From: Acidimicrobiia bacterium
GTDB taxonomy: Bacteria; Actinomycetota; Acidimicrobiia; Acidimicrobiales; JANYDT01
DNA: 64,000 nt
Reading direction: 5' to 3'
NCBI GenBank assembly: GCA_031368215.1
Contig: JANLRD010000224.1
Location: forward strand, 22,726-86,725
Positions 28,901-37,900 of the stretch are shown one piece after another (within the stretch, counting starts at the first letter, position 1; the number at the start of each line of letters is the position of its first letter). The position numbers were made by a program, and so were the translations under genes. Under the pieces are notes generated by a model, which was not told the origin of the DNA, made no database searches, and saw nothing but the letters and a program-made list of their open reading frames with translations.

Positions 28901-31900
28901 TTCCGGCGGTGTCGCGCCCGTCGGCGTAGGACGGCGGTTGCGTCTCGACGACGGCGTACGTCCCGCTCAGCAGGTCGGTGAACGTCCACGCCCCGGACGC
29001 ATTGCTCACCGTCGTGCGGCTGACGGTGCTTCCACTCGCATTGACGCCTGACAGCGTGATGGTCACGCCGGAGATCGGCGTCTCGCCGGCATTGCGCGCT
29101 CCGTTGTCGTTGGCATCGACGTAGACGAATCCCGAGATGGTCGAAACCGTGTCGCCGAAGTTCTGTCCCGTCACACCGGTGGCCGGTAGGCCGTTGACGG
29201 CGATCGCTGTTGGGTTCTGGCTGCGTCCGAATCCGGTCGGGGTCACCTGGTCGATGCGATAGTCCGCGCCGGAAACGAGGTTGTCGAATCGGTACGAACC
29301 ATCGCTTCCGCTCGTCGTTCTGGCGATCTCGTCGCCCGATGTGTTTCGGAGGACGACGACAACGCCGGCCAAAGGGTCGTCGACTCCGGCGTCGCGAACT
29401 GCATCGCGATTGCGGTCGAGGTAGACGCTTCCGCTGATCGACACAGTCGAGCTGATCTCACCGAAGTCGTATCCGGTTCCGTTGACACCGACGCCGACGG
29501 TGATCCCGGTCACGGAGTCCGTGCCGATGCCGTTCCCGGGGCGCGTTCCGCCGAGCGTGCCGATGGCATCGCGCCCGTCTCCGTACCCGATGGGCTGGGT
29601 CGGCTCCGTGACCGTGTAGACGCCCGCAATGAGTCCGTCGATGCTCCAGGAACCGTCGACCGACGTGGTTGTCGCGAGGTTCACCGAACGACCGTTGACG
29701 TCGATGCCGGTCACGCGGATCGTGATGCTGCCGATCGGCTGCTCGCCCGAGTCGAAGATTCCGTTGTTGTCGGCATCGATGAAGACCCGACCGGCCAACG
29801 TGGAAGTGGTGTCGAAGAAGTCCTGTCCCGAGAGTCCACCAACGGGTGCCGTGACGCTCCGCGTGTTCGGTGAAGAACTGCCATAGCCAATCGGTTGTGT
29901 CTCGGTGACCGAGTAGTCGCCGACCGGAATACCGGAGAACGAGTAGTTGCCGTTCACGTCGGTGGCGGTCGTGGCAACCACTGCTCCGCTGGCATCGCGC
30001 AGCGTGATGGTCACCCCGGCGATCGTCCCGTTCTCTCCGGTGTCCCTCGCGCCGTTGGTGTTCGGGTCGACGCGAACCGCACCGCTGATGGAGGTGTAGG
30101 CGACCGGGGCGAGCGGCTTCTCACCGAAGAGATTGCCCGTCGACGTCGTGCCCGATGCGATGGTGACACCGCCGATCTGGTCATTCGTCGTTGTCGTACC
30201 GCCGGCGGTCCCGGCCCGTTCGGCGCCATCGAGGTACGACGCCGGCTGGGTCACTTCGGTCACCGCGTAGGTACCGGGACGCAGGCCGGTGAATGCGAAG
30301 CTGCCATCGGACGCGGTCGTCGTCGCGCGGTTGACGGTGTTGCCGAGATCATCGGATCCGTTCAGCGCGATCGAAACCGTGGCGATGCCGGGCTCGCCGA
30401 CCTGCCGGTTCCCGTCACCCGTGATGTCCACGTACACGGAGCCGGCGATAGAGCCGGGAACGAGCTCGCCGAAGTTGTTGCGCGCCGAGTTCGTCGACGA
30501 TCCGACGACGATGCCGGTGAGCACGTCGCGTGTGGGGATCGGGCCGCCGAGCGAACCACCGGCGGACCCGACGGTGTCGCGACCGTCGATGTAGCCCGCA
30601 GGCTGTGTCTCGGTGAGCGTGTAGCCGGCCAGGTTCGATGCTTCGAGACCGGTGAACTGGTAGTAGCCGTCGGCACCGGAGGTCACCGCGCTCGTTCTCG
30701 ACGTTCCGAACACGTCGACTCCGGTCAAGGTGATCACCGCACCCACGATCGGGGCTTCGCCCGTGTCACGGACTGCGTCGTTGTCGGCATCGACGTAGAC
30801 GTAGCCGGAGACGATCGGAAGATTCACGATGCCGGCGTCGATGGTGAGATTCACCTCTCCGGAGCCGAGCGTGGTGGAGCCGGAGATGCCACTCGTCTTG
30901 TTGAGATCCGAATCAGCGGTGTTGGATCCGACGTTCGCCACAGTCAGCGTGAACCCGGAAGGGGCGTCGATGCGGATCCGGTAGATGCCGGGAACGAGGC
31001 CGTCGAAGCGATAGTTGCCCGTTGCGTTGGTGAGCTGGGTGACGGGGTCGCCGGATCCGTCGAGTATGGGCGTCCCGGCGGTGTCGAGGAGACGGACGCG
31101 CACGTTCGCCACGCCCGGTTCGCCGATGTCCTGCACGCCGTTGCCGTTCAGGTCTTCCCACACGCGATCGCCGAGGATGACAGTGCGGAAGAAGCCGGTG
31201 TCGACATCGGTCGGCGACTGTCCGCTCTGCAGCGTGAACGGCGGGGTCATCCCGGTCATGACCGCAGCGTCGGAATTCGTCGCCGCGGAACCTCTCCCAA
31301 CCGGCGACGGCGTCCAACCCGATGGGGCGGCGAAGTGGACGCGGTACGTTCCGGGGACAAGGTTGTCGAACACATAGGCACCGCCGCCCGACGTGACCGT
31401 CGTGCGGACCACCGAGGCGCCCGCGAGGAGCTCCACGGTGATGCCGTCAAGACCGGGTTCGCCGCTGTCCTGGATACCGTCGGCGTTGGTGTCATCCCAG
31501 ACTCGGTCCCCGACGGAGGCGGCGGCGAAGAACCCGGCGTCGATGTGTGTCGTGGTGACACCGTCAGGCACCGAGAAGACCGCAGTGCGGCCTGTTGCGA
31601 GGTCCGCGTCGGAGTCGATCCCGCTGGCGCGCGGACCGGTCGACGACGCCGGTGATGGAAGGTACCCGGAGGGACGGACGAACTCGACGCGATAGTCGCC
31701 TTCACGGAGGAGCGCACCGCTGTTGTCGAGCCCTGCCCGGGTGAAGGAATAGGTCCCATCGGACGCCGTCGTCACCGTCGCGATGACCGCGGCCGAGCTG
31801 TTCAGGAGTCGAACGGTGACGCCCCCGATCCCGGTGGTCTCGGTCAGCTGGCGGGTCCCGTCGGCGTTCGTGTCGTCCCACACCTGGTCGCCGATCACGA

Positions 31901-34900
31901 CGCCGCGGAAGAGGCCGGCGTCGACGGTCGAGTTGGTCTCGCCGGAGACAACCGAGACCAATGCCGTGGCACCGGTGGCATCCGCGTTCGAGTCCGTCGA
32001 CGTTGTGGCTCCGCCGGTCGTGGCGGTCTGATCGGTGAACACGTAGCCGTTGGGTGCCGTGACCAGAACGCGGTACGTCCCGGGTCGAAGGTTCGTGAAC
32101 GAGTAGTTGCCGTTCGCATCGGTGGTCGTGGCGTTCACCAACACACCCGATGCGTCGAGCACCGGATTGCTCGAAACGTCGACAAGGCGAACCGTCACTC
32201 CGGCGATGCCGTCCTCGCCCGCCGTTTGGATGCCGTCGCCGTTCGTGTCGTGCCACACGCGGTCGCCGATGGTGGCCGGGCGGATGAGCCCGGTATCGAC
32301 CGTGGTGTTGGCCTCGTTCGACCTGAGTGTGGTCGACGGCGATGCCCCCGACGGATTCGCGTCGGAGTCGGTGGTGTCTGTCGCAGTGGAGACGTCGCGG
32401 AGGGTCACGACCATGCCGCTCGGCGGGGTCACCGTGACCACGTAGACACCCGGCACCACATTGGCGAACTGGTAAAGACCGGTGCCGGCCGCAGTCGTCG
32501 TCGTGGGCGGGGTGATGACGACACCCGCACCGGTCGTTCCGGTCAGCGTGACCGTCGCTGCGCCAACGCCAGGCTCGCCGACATCCTGCGCTCCGTTCCC
32601 ATCGGTGTCCTCCCAGACGTAGTTCCCGATGGACGCGAACCGGTAGTAGCCGGCGTCGAATCCGGTGTCATTCACCCCGGAATCCACGGTGATCACGGGG
32701 GTGATTCCCGTGACGACATCGGCATCGGAGTTCGTCGCAGGAGCTCCGAAACCGGTCGGTGTGGGCTGCCATCCGGCTCCCGTCGGGGCGGTGAACGCAA
32801 TGCGGTAACTCGCTGGGCGGAGGTTGGCGATCGACCAGAGTCCGGAGCCGTCGGTGGTCGTGGTGACCGGGACGGTGAAGGACGCGCCGGTGGCGTCGAG
32901 CAACTCCACGGTCGCCCCGGAGATGCCCGGTTCGCCGGAGTCCTGGATGCCATTGGCGTTCAGGTCTTCCCACACGCGGTCGCCGACCGTGGCGCGCTGG
33001 AACATGCCGGCGTCGAGGTTTGTCGTCGTCTGCCCTTCGGTGAGCGTGATGGTTCCGGTGCGCCCGAAGGTGGGTCCGACGGTCGTCGACGCGTCCGAGT
33101 CGGTGTCGCTCGACAGGGGGGCGGCGGCGCTTGCCGTCGTGAACTCCCAGCCGATCGGCAGGCCGAACGTGACCTGGTAGGCACCGGGGGCGAGGAGTGC
33201 ACCCGAGTTGTTGATGCCGGCCCGCGTGAACGTGTAGATCCCCGATGCATTCGTCGCGGCCGAACCCGTGACGTCGTCGGCCGTGCCGAACGTGGCGTCC
33301 AGACCGGCACCGAGCAGAGCTGCAGTCGCACCGTTCACGCCCGCGGTCTCGGTCCCGCTTCGCGTCCCGTCGGCATTGGTGTCGACCCACACCTGATTGC
33401 CGATGCTGACCGGTCGGGCCATGCCGACGTCGATCGTCTGCTCCACTGTTCCCGACGTCAGGGTGATCAACGCCGTCCGGTTGGTGGTGGTGTCGACGTC
33501 GGAATCCGTTGCCGGCGTCGCACCGTTGATGGTGACGAGCGCCGGTGTGAGCTGGTACCCCGACGGTCGCGTCACCACAACGACGCGGTAAATGCCGGGC
33601 GACAGATTGGTGAACGCGTATGCGCCGGAGCCCGTCGTCGTCTGGTCAGAAATGGAGGTTCCCGAAGCATCGATGGCCCGGACGCCGAGGGCATCGACGA
33701 GGCGGAGCACCGCGCCGGCCACACCATTCTCGCCGGTGTCGCGGACACCCGAGCCGTTGGCGTCGACCCACACCAGATCACCGACCGACGAAGTCCGGTA
33801 CATGCCGCCGTCCACGGAGTTGTCGGTCTGATCCGAGATGAGCGTCACCGGATCGGAGACACCGGTCGCCCGGGTGATGTCGGAGTCCGTGAGATCGGTA
33901 GCGGATGCCGAATTGAGGATGGTGAAGGCCCAGCCCGAGGGCTTCACGATGCCGATCCGGTAGGTACCGGGAACGACGCTGCCGAAGGTGTAGATGCCGC
34001 CGCCGGCGGTCGTCGTCTGAATCGGGAGTCCGGCGTTGAGGACCGGGTTGCCGCTGTTGTCGAGCAGTCGAACCGTGACACCGTCGTTGCCGTCGTCGCC
34101 GCCGTCTCGCACGCCGTTGCCGTTCGCGTCTTCCCATACGAGGTCGCCGAGCGTTGCGTACTTGTAGAGACCGGCGTCGATGGTGAAGTCGTCCGTGCCC
34201 GAGACGACCGCGAACGTCGCGGTCATGCCGGTCGCCGGGTTGGGGTTGCTGTCGGTCGCCGCGGATCCCGCGCCGGTCGGGCTGAAGTTCCAGCCGGCAC
34301 CCACCGGAGGCGTGAACTTGACCCGGTAGTCGCCGGGTCGGATGTTGGGGATCGTCCAGGCGCCGAACGCATCGGTCGTTGTGGTGATCGGCACCCCGAA
34401 CGATGCGCCTGTCGCATCGAGCAATTCCACGCCGACGGCGCTGACCGGAGGTTCGCCGACGTCTTGGACTCCGTTGGCGTTGAGGTCCTCCCACACGAAG
34501 TTGCCGAGCGTGACGCGCTTCCACACGCCGGCGTCGACGCTGATCGTTGCCTCGTTCTCGTTCATCGTGAACGTGGCCGTCATACCGGTCGTCTCGTTCG
34601 CATCGCTATCGGTGTTCGACGACTTCGGTGCTCCGACGGAAGCGGGAGAGAACTCGTAGGTCGCCGGGAGGGAGAATGTCAGCCGGTAGTCACCGGGGGG
34701 CAGTGCGGCGCCCGTGTTGTTCACACCGGATTTCGTGAACGAGTACGCGCCGCCGGCAACGGTGGTCATCGATCCTGCGATGTCGTCCACGGTTCCGAAG
34801 ATCCCGTCGAGACCGGCGCCCTCGAGGGTCACGGTCGCCCCGCTCACGCCCGCCGTGTCGGCAGCGTCGCGCGTGCCGTTGGAGTTGCGGTCGATCCACA

Positions 34901-37900
34901 GTCGGTCGCCGATCGTCACTGCACGAAAGAAGCCGGCGTCCACGGTGTTGTTGGTCTCGCCGGGGATCACGCTGACGCTGGAGGAGCGACCGGTTCCTGC
35001 GAGCACGTCGGAGTCGACGGTGTCGTCGCCGAGACGATCATTCGGACTGAGCGTGTAGCCGACGGGAGGTACGACTCGAACCTGATAGGTCCCGGGTGGG
35101 AGTGCACCGAAGGAATACGCGCCCGTGGATGACGTGAGCTGGGTGACAACGGTGTTCCCCAGGCCATCGGCGACGGGGAGGCCGTTCACGTCGGTGAGGA
35201 GGACGTTCGCTCCGGCCAGACCTGTTTCGCCGACGTCCTGGATGCCATCGGCGTCGGCATCGACGAACACGAAGTTGCCGATGACCGCAGGCTCGTAGAG
35301 GCCGGCATCGACCGTGATGATGTTCTCGTTGGACAGCACCACGAAGCGCGCCGTCTGGCCGCTTGCGATCAGGGCATCGGAGTCCGTGTCGGAGGTGAGG
35401 GGTGTCGCGACTGCCCGCGGCGAGAAGTACAGCCCGGGAGGTCGGGTGAACACGATCTGATAGCCGGTCGCGTTCGACGGCATCAGGTCGTCGATGACGT
35501 AGGCACCGGTGAGCGGGTCGGACGTGGTCCCCCGGTTGACAGCGTTGCCGAGGATGTCGGTGCCGGACAGCGTGACCGTGACCCCGCCGGGGAGGACCAG
35601 CCCGTTGTCGCCGGCGTCGCGGACACCGTTGCCGTTCACGTCCTTCCACACCAGATCACCCACCTTCGAGAGCGGGTAGACGGTCCGTGACGCGGTGGTG
35701 TTCGGGGTGATGACGCGGATGTTGGGATTCGAAGGGTTCGTCGGCAGCGTGCGGTACTCGGTGAGGGTGACGGTGTTGGTGAGGCCGGGGGTGAGCAGCG
35801 GCGACGGAGTGACCGGGGTGTCGACGGTCGCGGTGTAGCGGATCTTCTTCGAGCTTCCCGGAGCGATCTCATCGATCTGTGCACTTAGCGTCTGGCCGGT
35901 GAACGATGCGCTGTCGGGGCCGGTGACGGCCGCGCCGTCGATCAGGATGCTGGCCGGGTTGGGGGTGAGGTTGACGGGGACGACGTCGTTCGCCTTGACC
36001 TCGAAGGCTTTGCCGGTCCCGGTGTCGGCGAGCGTGATCTCATAGGTGACCACATCACCGGGGAGCACACCCTGTTGCGGCACGCGCGCCGGTGATGTCA
36101 ACGCGATCGCCTTCGCGATGGTGACATTCGGGACGGTGACGTTGACGACGGCGTTCGCCGACGTCCGCTCGACCGGAATGCCACCGATGGTGGGACGCGA
36201 AGAGAACGAGGCCGTGTTGATGATGTCGGAGCCGTCGACGTTGCCGACGACATCGGCGACGACAGCGTCGACGTCGAGCGTCAGCACTGCCGTCTCGCCG
36301 ACGGTGCTCGTGTTGTCGAACGGGTCGACGACAGCAACGTCGATCGCGTTGCCGCTGCCGCTCGTCGCGACAAGGTTCCCGGCGGTGATGTCGGTCGCAC
36401 CCCGCTCGAGCTTCGCGGTCCACGTGACGTTCGTGAGGTTGGTCGGCACGGTGTCGAGGACGTGCGCATCGATCAGTTTCGTGCGCGGGAGGTCCACCGT
36501 GATGCGGTACTTCACCGGATCGCCAATGCGGACATCGGGGAGGCATCCGGATCCGACACACGTCGGAAGGGTGACCGTCTTCGTCGGGGTCGGGGTGACG
36601 ACGGTGACCGATACCGTGTCGTTCAGGATGGCGCTGACGTTCGACGTCCGGGTCGTGTCGAGGTTCGAGCTCGGGACATAGGTGAAGGTGCCCGCAGCGG
36701 TGTTGATCGGGTTCTGGTAGCTGGTGATGCCCGCCGTGTTGGTCTCGACGGCTCCGGAGTTCACCGTGTCCGGGATGGCCACGCGGTAGCGCAGCGTGAC
36801 CGCCGGGCTGACGGCGGGACTCACGGCAACGGTGGGTACCGTCCACTCGATGTGCGGGAACGGAGCGGCAACGCAACTCCCGCCGGCGGTGATGGAAGCG
36901 GAGACCACGTCGGCACACGTGATGGCCAGGGGCGTGCTCGGGAGGCGGTCCCAGACCGTCACGGTTTTCGCCGCGATGTCACCGGTGTTGTGGAGATCGA
37001 TCCGGTACGTGACGTGGTCGAAGGCCTGCACCGCGATGCCGTCGCCCTGATCCGGCCCGGTCGAACTGAACACGGCGGAGTAGTCACCGGGATAGACCGG
37101 GCTGGCGTTGGCGGGACGCTCGACGGTGTCCACGCCTTTGCGGACCTTGGGGAGCGGCATTGACCACACGATGCCGGTGTTCACCCGTTGCGCGAACACC
37201 TGTCCGGCGGTGTTGACGGAGGTGAGCTTGAGCAGGTTGTCGGTGAGGTCGCCGGCCGTGGCGGTCTCGGGGTTCACGAGTTCGACGGCGACGGTCACCT
37301 CGAACGTCTCGCCGATGTTGTCGATGCTGCCTATCGACCACTCGAGCGTTCCCCCGCCGTCGGTCAGCGAAACACCGGACACGTCGGGCTCGGGAGAAGC
37401 GGCGACCGGCGCGGTGGCGGCCGGAATGGTCACGGTGTTGGCCGCCGTCGTGCGAGCCGAACCGGGGATGTATCGCATCCCGTTCGGCAGGAAGTCGGTC
37501 ACCTTCACGCTCGACGCGGAGATGTTCACGGGCACGAACGCCCGCAGCTTGAAGCACGCGATGTCGCCGGTGGCGTAGCCGCCCGTGCTCGTTGATGTGT
37601 AGGCGACTGTTCCCGCAGCGCAGTTGACACCGACGGCACTCGACACCGCCATACCGTTCGGGAGCGAAGACCGGATCGCTACCTTCTTGTCCAGTTGGAC
37701 GCTGATCCCCGCAACGCCGGCGCTCGCATCGTCCTGAATGGACTGGCCGTCAGCCTGGCCACCGAGTTCGTTTCCGGGAGCGGGGTCGCCGGGGGCCTCC
37801 TTTTCGATCTGCCCGTTCACGTAGGAGTAGTTGGTGAAGTCGTCGTTGGTGAGGACGGCTTGGCCGTTCTGGTACGTCGGACGGACTCTCGACGTGAACG

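Noticed and set aside
32226-35132. Very long ORFs antisense to or out of frame with the giant gene (e.g. 968 aa at 32226-35132 +, 586 aa at 29895-31655 +, 304 aa at 27594-28508 +).
   Set aside because: Their composition is Arg/Gly/Asp/Val-rich with no motifs. They are the mirror image of a strongly supported, repeat-structured coding frame in high-GC DNA, which makes them classic shadow ORFs.
23352-35663. The tandem periodic structure in the giant gene was considered as a possible CRISPR array or satellite.
   Set aside because: The periodicity is 290-420 bp, the units are diverged at the DNA level, and they are in frame within a single ORF encoding recognisable domains. There is no short conserved repeat and spacer pattern, and there are no cas genes.
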